From NCBI RefSeq assembly GCF_002831565.1, contig NZ_CP025096.1, positions 5,381,391-5,405,390 on the forward strand: DNA of 24,000 bases. Reading direction: 5' to 3'. A model generated the notes under the pieces. The model had not been told where the DNA came from. It worked only from the letters and a program-made list of their open reading frames with translations, and did not search any database. Positions 1 through 9,200 of the stretch are shown in pieces; positions within the stretch are counted from its first letter, which is position 1; each line of letters opens with the position of its first letter. The DNA comes from Spirosoma pollinicola. Lineage in GTDB: Bacteria; Bacteroidota; Bacteroidia; Cytophagales; Spirosomataceae. A program made the position numbers and the translations under genes.

Positions 1-50
1 AGATGCTGGTAGGTATGAATTATACTATTCTATTTTATACTAGTTTGATT

Positions 51-80
51 TTCCATGAAAAAATTCATTTTTTTATGGAA
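51..80. repeat. A/T-rich hairpin: 13-bp stem (ttccatgaaaaaa / tttttttatggaa, one G-T wobble) with a 4-nt loop
   Basis: Paired by hand, 51-63 against 68-80. The core cat-A-run-ttc-R-T7-aYg recurs inside both arms of the 131-222 palindrome. Confidence 0.6.
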
Positions 81-130
81 AACTAAGTACTTATAGCTAA
101 GTATTATTACGTTTAATTTTATTGCTAACT

Positions 131-222
131 CCTATTTATCAACAAATTAGCCCGTCATAAAAATTCGTTTTTTTACGTAAAAAAACGAATTTTTATGACG
201 GGCTAATTTGTTGATAAATAGG
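131..222. repeat. 92-bp perfect palindrome (46-nt arms, centre between 176 and 177) in the AT-rich leader
   Basis: The reverse complement of the left arm, cctatttatcaacaaattagcccgtcataaaaattcgtttttttac, equals 177-222 exactly (checked base by base). Confidence 0.9.
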
Positions 223-463
223 ACAAAACTATTAATGTTTATAAAAATTTAATTTGTAAAAAATAAAGTAATTTAATTAACATAATTTGATAGTTAACTT
301 ACTGATAATCAGTTGATGGGTTATATATAAATTTAATTATTTTTATAATTGAATTATTTGGTGAAAAAATGAGCCTTAGTACTATTTCTATATCTTTTTG
401 AAATATAATTTCCTTGCTATAATATTGGAGCGTTTACTTATAATATAAACCAACCTATAATTT

Positions 464-3400
464 ATGAAATCAACGTTCTACAGGTTTCTGCAAACCGCTT
501 TTTTGGGTGCAGTCCTCCTGCTGGGAAGTTTAAAGGCTTCCGCCCAAGACCATCAGGTAACGGGCAAAGTTGTTGGTGCCGATGGCCCCGTTCCAGGTGC
601 AAACATTGTACTTAAGGGTACACAAACCGGAACCTCCACAGATGCCAATGGTAGCTTTAAGATTAGCGTACGGGGCAGCAGCCCTACACTTGTGATTTCG
701 GCCATCGGTTTCAAAACCCAGGAAGTGGCCGTCGGTAATCAAACCAACATTGACATACGAATAGAGGACGACGCAACCGCCTTGAGCGAGGTCGTTGTAA
801 CGGGTTACACGACAGAGAATCGACGGGATGTGACCGGGGCTGTTTCGACAGTGAAGCCTGCCCAATTGAAAGTTGTTCCGTCAACCAACGTTGAGCAGCA
901 ATTACAGGGACGTGTGGCCGGAGTTACGGTTATCACGAACGGACAGCCTGGAACTTCCAGCCAGATTCGTGTTCGGGGCTTTGGCTCATTTGGAGGTAAC
1001 CAGCCACTATATGTAGTGGATGGTGTGCCTACCCAGAACATCCAGTACATTTCGCCTGATGATATTGAAAGTACAACGGTACTGAAAGATGCAGCATCGG
1101 CCTCTATCTATGGAGCGCGGGCAGCCTCGGGCGTTATTGTTATTACCACTAAAAAAGGCAAACGGCGGTCTCAAAAACTAAGCATCAGTTATGATGGATT
1201 GTATGGAGTAACTGACCCCGGAAATGGGCCAAAGAATCTTAATCCTCAAGAACAGGCCGACTGGACCTGGCAGGCTCGTAAAAATGATATCTATCAGGCT
1301 GGTGGTACGGTTGGCCCGGATAGCTTTACCGGTATTGCTAATGGACAGTATGGATCAGGTCCAACACCGGTATTGCCAGACTATTTGTTAGTAGGTACGA
1401 GAACCGGACTATCTGCATCGCAGGTTGATTTGACAGCAGAAGCTAAAAATTACAACGTAAATCCTCTCAACGGAGCTATTTATAATGTAATTCCATCCAA
1501 TAAAGCAGGAACCGACTGGTATGGGGCTATTACAAGGGTTGCTCCATTGACCCGCCACACGCTGGGCTTTCAGGGTGGTACGGAATCCAGTAGCTTCTAC
1601 ATCAGTTTAGGGGTGCAGAATCAAGCGGGTATTGTGAAGTATAACAACTTCTCCCGCTATTCTCTGCGTGCTAATACGGAGTTCGACATCACCAAGAAAT
1701 TACGTTTTGGCGAAAACTTTCAGATAGCCTACATATCCAACACAGGAGTGCTGGGAAGTGTAGGGAGTCAGCTAGGTAATAATACCAATAACAACTCCAG
1801 CTCGTCGTCGGATGAGAATGACGTTTTGCTTGCTTTCCGTCAATCGCCAATCATTCCGATTTATAACTCATTCGGTGGGTACGCTGGCACAGCAGCCAAG
1901 GGTTTTAACAACCCAAGTAACCCTGTCGCCAACCGGGATGCCGCACAGAACAACGGTAACTTCAACATATATGGGTTTGGCAATGCCTATCTCGAATATG
2001 ATGTGATTCCGGACTTGACCCTCAGAAGCAGCATTGGTGGAACCTATTTCAGTAATTACTACAATAGCTATGGACGGGTGCAGTACGAAAACTCGGAAAA
2101 TAACACGACCTATACGTACGGTGAAGGATCGGGTTACGGCTTATCATGGACGTTCACTAACACAGCCGCTTACAAACATAAGTTCGGCATTCATGACATC
2201 TCGGTGTTAGGCGGTATTGAAGCCCTAAACACCGGTTCTGGACGCAGCATTAGCGGGTCGGGTCAAAACCCATTTACCACCGATCCTAACTATGTGACAA
2301 TCAGTACGACTACGCCTGGCGCTACTCGCCAAGTAGATAGTTTTTATGGATTGGGCAACAACTTCTTCTCACTGTTTGCACAGGCTCGGTACACGTTCAA
2401 CGATAAGTATATCGTAACAGGTGTTGTTCGTCGGGACGGTTCATCGCAGTTTGCTCCCAGCAATCGCTACGGGGTATTCCCGGCTATATCGGGTGCATGG
2501 CGGATTTCTTCGGAGGAGTTCATGAAAAATCTGCCGTGGATATCGGATTTAAAGATTCGTGGTGGATATGGTATCATGGGTAACTCGAACTTCCTGAGCG
2601 CTACTAACCAGTATAACCTGTTTGCCTCTAATGCGGGTAATGGTTACGACATCGGTGCTTCAAATGGTACAGTTGCATCGGGATTCTACCGCAGCCAGAT
2701 TGGTAACGCGGCTGCTAAATGGGAAAGCAGTATCACCTCGAACATCGGTATTGATGGCGCTTTCTTCAACAACAAATTAGAAGTTGTAGTTGATTTCTGG
2801 CAGAAGAACACCAAAGACCTCCTGTTCCAGTTGAGCCTGCCTGGTGTTGTAGGTGACCGGGCCAGCGCACCTTTCTCCAACGTTGCGGCTATGAGCAACA
2901 AGGGAATTGACCTGTTGCTGACCAATCGCGGAACAGTTGCCGGTGGATTGACGTACGAAGTGACGGGTATTGCCAGTTACTTAAGTAATAAAATTACATC
3001 GCTGGCTCCGGGTGTTCCTTATACCCAGTCGGGTGGTACGCGTTTGAGTGGTAACGTAGTTCGTAACGCGCCAAATCAGGCCCTCTCATCTTTCTACGGG
3101 TACAAAGTAATCGGTCTTTTCAATAGCAAAGCAGAAGTGGACGCGGCCCCTACGCAGGATGGAGCAGCTCCAGGCCGTTTCCGGTATCAGGACCTTAACG
3201 GCGATGGCAAGATCGATGACAACGACCGGCAGTTCCTGGGTAGCCCAATTCCGAAAGTGACGGGTAGTATTACACTGACTCTTCGCTACAAAGGATTTGA
3301 TCTGGCAACCAACCTGTATGCTACGTTTGGCAACAAAATCTTTAATAACCAACGCTGGTTTACCGACTTCTATCCTTCTTTTACAGGAGCCGCTGTTTCC

Positions 3401-3754
3401 GCACGGGTGAAAGATTCCTGGTTGCCAACGCACACGGATACAAAGATTCCTATTTTCGAAAGTGCGTCGAATTTCAGTACCAACACACAGCCAAACTCAT
3501 ACTATGTTGAAAATGGCTCATATGGCCGGATGCAGTACCTGACTTTAGGTTACACACTGCCATCTAACCTGCTGACCAAGGTTAACTTAAACAGACTGCG
3601 GCTCTCGTTAACAGCAACCAACTTATTCACGATCACCAAATACCAAGGTCTCGATCCCGCCGTTGGTGGCTCGGCAGATACCAACTTTGGTATCGATGTG
3701 GGTAATTATCCTATCACCCGTGCCTACAACGTTGGCTTAAGTTTCGGTTTCTAA
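464..3754 (+). CDS. SusC/RagA-family TonB-dependent outer-membrane receptor
   Basis: 1096-aa ORF with a signal peptide (..LGSLKASAQ). It has a carboxypeptidase-regulatory-like N-domain (VTGKVVGADGPVPGANIVLKG..TDANGSF) and a plug region (LKDAASASIYGARAASGVIVITTKKG). The long beta-barrel ends in ..GLSFGF. A SusD-like gene follows 85 nt downstream. Confidence 0.93.
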   Translation: MKSTFYRFLQTAFLGAVLLLGSLKASAQDHQVTGKVVGADGPVPGANIVLKGTQTGTSTDANGSFKISVRGSSPTLVISAIGFKTQEVAVGNQTNIDIRIEDDATALSEVVVTGYTTENRRDVTGAVSTVKPAQLKVVPSTNVEQQLQGRVAGVTVITNGQPGTSSQIRVRGFGSFGGNQPLYVVDGVPTQNIQYISPDDIESTTVLKDAASASIYGARAASGVIVITTKKGKRRSQKLSISYDGLYGVTDPGNGPKNLNPQEQADWTWQARKNDIYQAGGTVGPDSFTGIANGQYGSGPTPVLPDYLLVGTRTGLSASQVDLTAEAKNYNVNPLNGAIYNVIPSNKAGTDWYGAITRVAPLTRHTLGFQGGTESSSFYISLGVQNQAGIVKYNNFSRYSLRANTEFDITKKLRFGENFQIAYISNTGVLGSVGSQLGNNTNNNSSSSSDENDVLLAFRQSPIIPIYNSFGGYAGTAAKGFNNPSNPVANRDAAQNNGNFNIYGFGNAYLEYDVIPDLTLRSSIGGTYFSNYYNSYGRVQYENSENNTTYTYGEGSGYGLSWTFTNTAAYKHKFGIHDISVLGGIEALNTGSGRSISGSGQNPFTTDPNYVTISTTTPGATRQVDSFYGLGNNFFSLFAQARYTFNDKYIVTGVVRRDGSSQFAPSNRYGVFPAISGAWRISSEEFMKNLPWISDLKIRGGYGIMGNSNFLSATNQYNLFASNAGNGYDIGASNGTVASGFYRSQIGNAAAKWESSITSNIGIDGAFFNNKLEVVVDFWQKNTKDLLFQLSLPGVVGDRASAPFSNVAAMSNKGIDLLLTNRGTVAGGLTYEVTGIASYLSNKITSLAPGVPYTQSGGTRLSGNVVRNAPNQALSSFYGYKVIGLFNSKAEVDAAPTQDGAAPGRFRYQDLNGDGKIDDNDRQFLGSPIPKVTGSITLTLRYKGFDLATNLYATFGNKIFNNQRWFTDFYPSFTGAAVSARVKDSWLPTHTDTKIPIFESASNFSTNTQPNSYYVENGSYGRMQYLTLGYTLPSNLLTKVNLNRLRLSLTATNLFTITKYQGLDPAVGGSADTNFGIDVGNYPITRAYNVGLSFGF

Positions 3755-3763
3755 ATTAATTGA

Positions 3764-3794
3764 CAGGCTATTCAGCCAATGGTTGAATAGCCTG
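3764..3794 (+). other. Intergenic hairpin between the susC-like and susD-like genes (14-bp stem, one G-U, 3-nt loop, no U-tract)
   Basis: caggctattcagcc (3764-3777) pairs with ggttgaatagcctg (3781-3794). Confidence 0.4.
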
Positions 3795-3839
3795 CTTCAA
3801 CGACTCTAAATCATCTATTTTCTGAGGAAAATTAGCACT

Positions 3840-5597
3840 ATGAAAACATCGATTATAAAGGGTACGCTCATGGCCAGTATGCTCGCGCTGGTTACGTTCG
3901 CCTGCAACGACAAATTTCTGCAAGTACCGGCTACGGGTCAGTTGGCGAGTGACCAATTAACATCACGAGCCGCGCTGGATGGGCTGTTGATTTCAGCTTA
4001 CTCTCAATTAAATGGCCGGGGCTACGACCAGTCGGCGGCTTCTTTGGATTGGGTACGGGGCGATATGTCGGGGGGGGATGCTAACAAAGGCTCTAACTCC
4101 GGTGACTTTAATGCCCTGACACCTTTTCAAACCTATGTGTCATTGAACGCGACGAATGCCGAGGTTAACTTTAAATGGCGGGCATTGTATGAAGGCATTA
4201 GCCGGGCCAATATGGTGCTTCGACTAATACCCAGTGCGGCATCGGATGTTACGGATGCCGACAAGAAGCGCATCTCGGGCGAAGCTCGTTTTCTGCGGGG
4301 GCATTATTATTTCATGCTAAAACGCCAGTTTAACATGGTTCCTTATGTTGACGAAACTGTCGACTACGGTACGGGCGTTGATAAAGTTCCTAACACAGAA
4401 GATATCTGGGCTAAAATTGAGGCTGATTTCCAATTTGCGCAAACGAATCTTCCTGCTACGCAATCGGCTTCCGGCCGGGCGAATAGCTGGGCGGCAGCAT
4501 CTTATTTAGCCAAGACATACTTGTATGAAAAAAAGTATGCACTGGCTAAAGCGTTGTTTGACCAGATTATTGCCAGCGGAACAACGGCGTCAGGGGTTAA
4601 ATATGCACTGGTTGCCAATTACACCGATATTTTTAATGCGGCCAAGGAAACCAATTCGGAATCTATTTTTGCCGATCAGGCTGCTGCCAACACGGGTAGC
4701 GCAGATAATGCTAACCCAAACCTGAACCTGAACTTCCCTTATAATACGGGTTCAGCAGGTCCGGCAGGTTGCTGCGGATTTTTCCCGCCTACCTTCGAAA
4801 TGGCCAACTCGTTTCGGGTAAATGCCAATGGGTTGCCTTTACTGGATGGCTCGTATAATTCGTCGGCTAATGAGTTAGTGACCGATATGGGCCTAGCCTC
4901 CAGTGCAGCTTTCACACCTGATGCAGGCCCGGTTGATCCACGATTGGATTGGTCAGTTGGTCGTCGGGGTCTTCCTTATTTGGATTGGTCGGTTCACCCA
5001 GGTCAGGACTGGATTCGTGACCAGACATTTGCGGGTCCTTATTCACCTAAAAAGTTCGTTTTTTACAAATCGCAGGATAAAACGCTGACCGATGGTAGTT
5101 CCTGGACGGATGGATACTCGGCTATTAACTACAACTTTATTCGTTATGCCGATGTACTGCTGATGGCTGCCGAATGTGAAGTTGAAGTAGGTAGCTTAGC
5201 CACATCGCTGAACTATGTTAACCTGGTGCGTAATCGCTCTGCAAATTCTGCTTTCTGGGTGAAAACAGCTGCCGGTGCTAATGCAGCTAACTACAAAATT
5301 GCCCCTTACACGGCTTTTGCTGATCAGGCAACTGCCCGGACAGCGATTCAGTTTGAGCGTAAACTGGAACTATCGGGCGAAGGCCACCGGTTCTTTGACC
5401 TTGTTCGTTGGGGTGTAGCCGCTCCGGTGCTGAATGCGTTTATCGCCTACGAAAGCAAAAAACTACCCGTAGCCTATGCCGGTGCTAAATTCACCGCAGG
5501 TCGGGATGAATACCTGCCGATTCCACAAACGCAGATTGATTACCAGGCTACAGACGCCAGCGGTAAGAAAATCCTGACTCAGAATCCAGGTTATTAA
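3840..5597 (+). CDS. SusD/RagB-family nutrient-binding outer-membrane lipoprotein
   Basis: 585-aa ORF with a lipoprotein signal (..LVTFAC, Cys22). SusD-like signatures are present: ARFLRGHYYFML, IRYADVLLMAAE and ERKLELSGEGHRFFDLVRWG. It sits directly after the SusC-like gene. Confidence 0.92.
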   Translation: MKTSIIKGTLMASMLALVTFACNDKFLQVPATGQLASDQLTSRAALDGLLISAYSQLNGRGYDQSAASLDWVRGDMSGGDANKGSNSGDFNALTPFQTYVSLNATNAEVNFKWRALYEGISRANMVLRLIPSAASDVTDADKKRISGEARFLRGHYYFMLKRQFNMVPYVDETVDYGTGVDKVPNTEDIWAKIEADFQFAQTNLPATQSASGRANSWAAASYLAKTYLYEKKYALAKALFDQIIASGTTASGVKYALVANYTDIFNAAKETNSESIFADQAAANTGSADNANPNLNLNFPYNTGSAGPAGCCGFFPPTFEMANSFRVNANGLPLLDGSYNSSANELVTDMGLASSAAFTPDAGPVDPRLDWSVGRRGLPYLDWSVHPGQDWIRDQTFAGPYSPKKFVFYKSQDKTLTDGSSWTDGYSAINYNFIRYADVLLMAAECEVEVGSLATSLNYVNLVRNRSANSAFWVKTAAGANAANYKIAPYTAFADQATARTAIQFERKLELSGEGHRFFDLVRWGVAAPVLNAFIAYESKKLPVAYAGAKFTAGRDEYLPIPQTQIDYQATDASGKKILTQNPGY

Positions 5598-5616
5598 TTT
5601 ACAGGTTACGTATCAT

Positions 5617-5655
5617 AAAAAGTCCCCGATCTCCTGAGCAGATCGGGGACTTTTT
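5617..5655. terminator. Bidirectional rho-independent terminator (aaaa-agtccccgatc-loop-gatcggggact-tttt)
   Basis: An 11-bp GC-rich stem (5621-5631 / 5641-5651) has a 9-nt loop, an A-run upstream and a T-run downstream. It lies between the convergent susD-like gene and the dnaE/TA transcription unit. Confidence 0.8.
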
Positions 5656-5664
5656 ATGTATGGG

Positions 5665-5720
5665 TCATTACGCTACGCCACCTTACAGGTCACACCGTCA
5701 ATCGCTTCCAGTGCCTTCAG
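5665..5720. repeat. Direct repeat, left copy: non-coding duplicate of the dnaE 3' end (last 15 codons, stop and 8 nt)
   Basis: 54 of 56 nt are identical to 6240-6295. The mismatches are at 5688 (g vs a) and 5709 (c vs t). On the minus strand it reads LKALEAIDGVTCKVA-stop, the same as the real dnaE C-terminus. Confidence 0.9.
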
Positions 5721-5737
5721 AAGCAAGAGAGAATTGA

Positions 5738-5965
5738 TTAGGCTGCCTGTAAACGAACAACTTCCAATTCTGCACCTTTTTCCACAGCATCCTGTGCCTG
5801 GGTAAGCAGGCGATTAGTAATTTCAGCGTCAAAATACTTTTCTCCACAATTAGAACAAATACGGGCTGGAACGTCCTTAAAAACGATAATCGCTCCATCC
5901 CGTTCTAAAGTAACGGTTGTCAAGCCAGCCTCAGGCGTGCCAACTTTGCAGGTTAAACAGGTCAT
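5738..5965 (-). CDS. MqsA/YgiT-type zinc-ribbon antitoxin (minimal form, no HTH domain)
   Basis: 75 aa with CxxC at residues 3/6 and 37/40 (MTCLTC...ICSNCGE). Its start overlaps the upstream DUF4258 gene's stop in ATGA. Confidence 0.8.
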   Translation of the reverse strand: MTCLTCKVGTPEAGLTTVTLERDGAIIVFKDVPARICSNCGEKYFDAEITNRLLTQAQDAVEKGAELEVVRLQAA

Positions 5966-6243
5966 CGCTTTTTGGTTTTAAAATCAGCTTCCCAAATAAA
6001 AACGCTTGGTTCGTAAGCAGTTACGATAAAGCACTCTCCTGTTTCATCTTGTGCTACAACAATGTGAATAGGACGGCTGTGTACGAAACCTAAACGTAGA
6101 ACGCTCGGATAAGGTTTATCATTGGGATACTCTGTAATAGTTTCACCTTTATTAATAACCGCATCTACTTCAGGTTGTGTAATGTTACGCTTAAACATCT
6201 GTTCAACTGCATGAAGTCTGTATGTTACTTTTTTGCAATTCAT
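5962..6243 (-). CDS. DUF4258-family toxin-like protein (partner of the YgiT-type antitoxin)
   Basis: 93 aa. I recognise the fold-family pattern (..RLHAVEQMFKRNIT..EV..VI..GE.I..YP.D.PYPS.L.LG....RPIHIVVA......C.IVTAYEP) as DUF4258. The toxin-first order matches mqsR/mqsA. Its ATG lies 4 nt after the dnaE stop. Confidence 0.75.
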   Translation of the reverse strand: MNCKKVTYRLHAVEQMFKRNITQPEVDAVINKGETITEYPNDKPYPSVLRLGFVHSRPIHIVVAQDETGECFIVTAYEPSVFIWEADFKTKKR

Positions 6244-6295
6244 TACGCTACGCCACCTTACAAGTCACACCGTCAATCGCTTCTAGTGCCTTCAG
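6240..6295. repeat. Direct repeat, right copy: the functional dnaE 3' end plus the start codon of the DUF4258 gene
   Basis: See 5665-5720. It covers the dnaE stop (6248-6250), the last 15 dnaE codons and the ATG of the toxin gene (6241-6243). Confidence 0.9.
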
Positions 6296-9200
6296 GAATG
6301 AGTTGGCGGGGGAGACTTTCAACGTTCTTGCCTGCAAACTAACTTCGATTCGCTCGCTGTGATCAATCACATTGAGCGATAGTGTACAACTGCCGGGGTG
6401 GGCATTCACTAACTCGTTAATTCTGGCTACAAGTTGAGCATTCAACGCATCTAAAGTCAGCGATACGCGCAGCTCTTTGCAGAATTTCTCCCGCATATCG
6501 TTCAGTAACCGGATGCTGGTGGGCTTGAACTCTAATTGCTCGGAACCCCATTTGTTCTGAGTTTTGCCCGTAATGTGCAGGAAACGACCCACCTCAATGT
6601 ATTGCACCAGCCTCACATAATCATCGCCGAAAAGGGCCATTTCGAGGGATGAATTATAGTCCTCGACTTTGAAAATACAGAACGGGTTACCGCTTTTAGT
6701 GACCCGCATTTGCACGGCCGATACGATGCAGCCAACCTTGATTTCGGGTTGTTTCGTCTCGAAAATGTTGGCCAGTGTACAGTTGCAGAATCCGTCCATT
6801 TCGAGTTTGAACTCATCGAGCGGGTGTCCCGTGATGTAAAAGCCAACGACGTCCTTCTCGAATTTCAATTTTTCGATCTGGTTCCATTCTGTTACCATAG
6901 GGGCCTTGGGCCGCGCAAGCATCGGCTCCCCATTCATCATGGCGCCAAACAGCGACTGTTGGGCGGCTGCTTTCTCGGCGTGGTAGTTACTGCCGTAGCG
7001 GATAATTTTGTCAAGAAATGGCGAGGTATCGGTGTCCGACATATCGAAATACTGCGCCCGGTGATACTCGTCGATACTATCGAACGCACCGGCGTAAGCC
7101 AGCGATTCCCAGGTTTTCTTGTTCACCGTGCGGAGGTTGACCCGAACTGCAAAATCAAATATATCTTTAAACGGTCCGCCCGCCTTGCGCTCCTCAATGA
7201 TGGCTTCTACGGCGGCATCACCTGCACCTTTAATACCCCCCAGGCCGAAGCGAATTTCGCCCTTTTTGTTAACACCAAAGAAGCGTTCCGACTCGTTTAC
7301 ATCGGGCCCCAGAACGGGAATGTTAATATTCTTACATTCTTCCATGAAGAACGTAATCTTGTCAATCGTACCCAGACAGCTCGTTAATACGGCCGCCATA
7401 TACTCAGGCCGGTAGTGAGCTTTTAGAAAAGCCGTTTGATAGGCAACGAATGCGTAACAGGTTGAGTGCGATTTGTTAAAGGCGTAGGAAGCGAAGGCTT
7501 CCCAATCGGTCCAGACTTTTTCGCATACTTTCAGGGGCAGGTTGTTAGATGCACAGCCATCCATAAACTTACCCTTCATTTTATCCAGCGTGGCTTTGTC
7601 TTTCTTTCCCATCGCCTTTCGCAGTACGTCGGCGTCGCCTTTGGTGAAATTGCCAAGCTTCTGCGAGAGCAGCATCAACTGCTCCTGATAAACCGTAATG
7701 CCATAGGTGTCAGCCAGATACTCTTCCATTTCTGGCATGTCGTACTTGACTTCTTCGCGGCCGTGTTTGCGGTTGATGTAGTTCGGAATGTAAGCAATTG
7801 GACCCGGACGGTAGAGGGCGTTCATGGCAATGAGGTCACCAAAGCGGTCAGGCTTCAGGTCTTTCATGTGCTTTTTCATACCGTCGGATTCAAACTGGAA
7901 AACGGCATTTGTTTCGCCCCGCTGGAAGAGCTTGTAGGTTTCCTCGTCGTCAAGGGGAATATCATCAATGTCGGTTTCGACACCGTTGATCAAAAAGCCG
8001 CCGTGATTTTGCCGGATCAGTCGCAGACATTCCTTAATGATGGTCAGGTTTCGCAGACCCAGAAAGTCCATCTTGATTACACCCGCATCCTCAATAACTT
8101 TCCCCTCATATTGGGTAATAATCAGGTTTGTATCTTTTGAGGTCGACACCGGAACAATGTCCGACAAATCGCTGGGGGCGATGATAATACCGGCTGCATG
8201 AAGGCCGGTATTGCGTACCGTGCCTTCGAGTTTTCGGGCTTGTTTGAGTACGGCAGATACCTTTTCGTAGTCAACGATCCGCATGGCCGCTGCCGCGCTC
8301 TTATCGCCCGATTCGAGTGCCCGCATCCGCTTCACGTTATCCAGTTCTTCGGGCTGGATAACGCTTGCCAAACCGCCCGGCCCATCGAGTGGGTCCTCGA
8401 AAATGCGCTTGAGCGTCATGTTGTATGTCGGCTTGTCGGGCACAAGTTTCACCACGGCGTTGGCATCCTGCAACGGCAAATCCATCACCCGAGCCACGTC
8501 TTTGATCGACGATTTCGACGCCATTGTGCCGTAGGTTACAATCTGCGCTACCTGCGACTTGCCATACTTCTGAACAACGTAATCAATCACTTTCTGCCGG
8601 CCTTCATCGTCGAAGTCCGTATCAATATCGGGCATCGACTTCCGGTCGGGGTTCAGGAACCGCTCGAACAGCAAGTCGTATTTAATGGGGTCAATATTTG
8701 TGATACCCGTGCAATATGCCACCGCGCTACCCGCTGCCGACCCACGGCCCGGCCCAATCATAACACCCAGATCGCGCCCGGCCTTAATGAAGTCGGCTAC
8801 AATAAGGAAGTACCCGGCGAATCCCATTGTCTTGATCGTGAACAGTTCAAAATCAAGGCGTTCCTGAATGTGGGGCAGGATGTCAACGTAGCGTTCTTTA
8901 GCACCCGTGTAGGTCAGGTGGCGCAGGTATTCCCACTGGTTCAGTACGTCGTCGGTATGCTGCTGGAACTCCTGCGGGATAGGGAAGTTGGGAAGCATAA
9001 TATCGCGCTTCAACTTCAGCGTTTCGACCTTGCCAACGATCTCGTTGGTATTGTCGATGGCTTCGGGCAGGTCTTTGAACAGCGTCGTCATCTCCTGCGT
9101 GTTCTTAAAATAGAACTGGTCGCTGAAGAAGGCAAAGCGGGTGTTCTTCGGCATCACATCATCGTCGCTGAAATCCTTCATCGACGGCGTGCTTTGCTTT

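Noticed and set aside
1-463. Possible replication origin: an AT-rich region with ttatcaaca / tgttgataa, one mismatch from the DnaA-box consensus TTATNCACA, in the palindrome arms
   Set aside because: I found only this one inverted pair of near-boxes when scanning the 463 nt. Origins normally carry several boxes. The pair is simply part of the palindrome, and there is no dnaA/dnaN context.
1777-1820. Low-complexity Asn/Ser run (NNTNNNSSSSSDEND) in the SusC-like protein
   Set aside because: It most likely lies in a surface loop of the barrel, where such insertions are common. The frame is intact and there is no sign of a slippage-prone homopolymer.
530-3433. Several 64-115-aa ORFs on both strands inside the SusC-like gene
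   Set aside because: All are nested in the 1096-aa TonB-dependent receptor frame and have no independent support.
5698-5898. 66-aa minus-strand ORF overlapping the antitoxin gene and the left direct repeat
   Set aside because: It is in a different frame from the zinc-ribbon antitoxin, which has clear CxxC...CxxC motifs and an ATGA coupling to the toxin gene. The alternative translation has no recognisable features.
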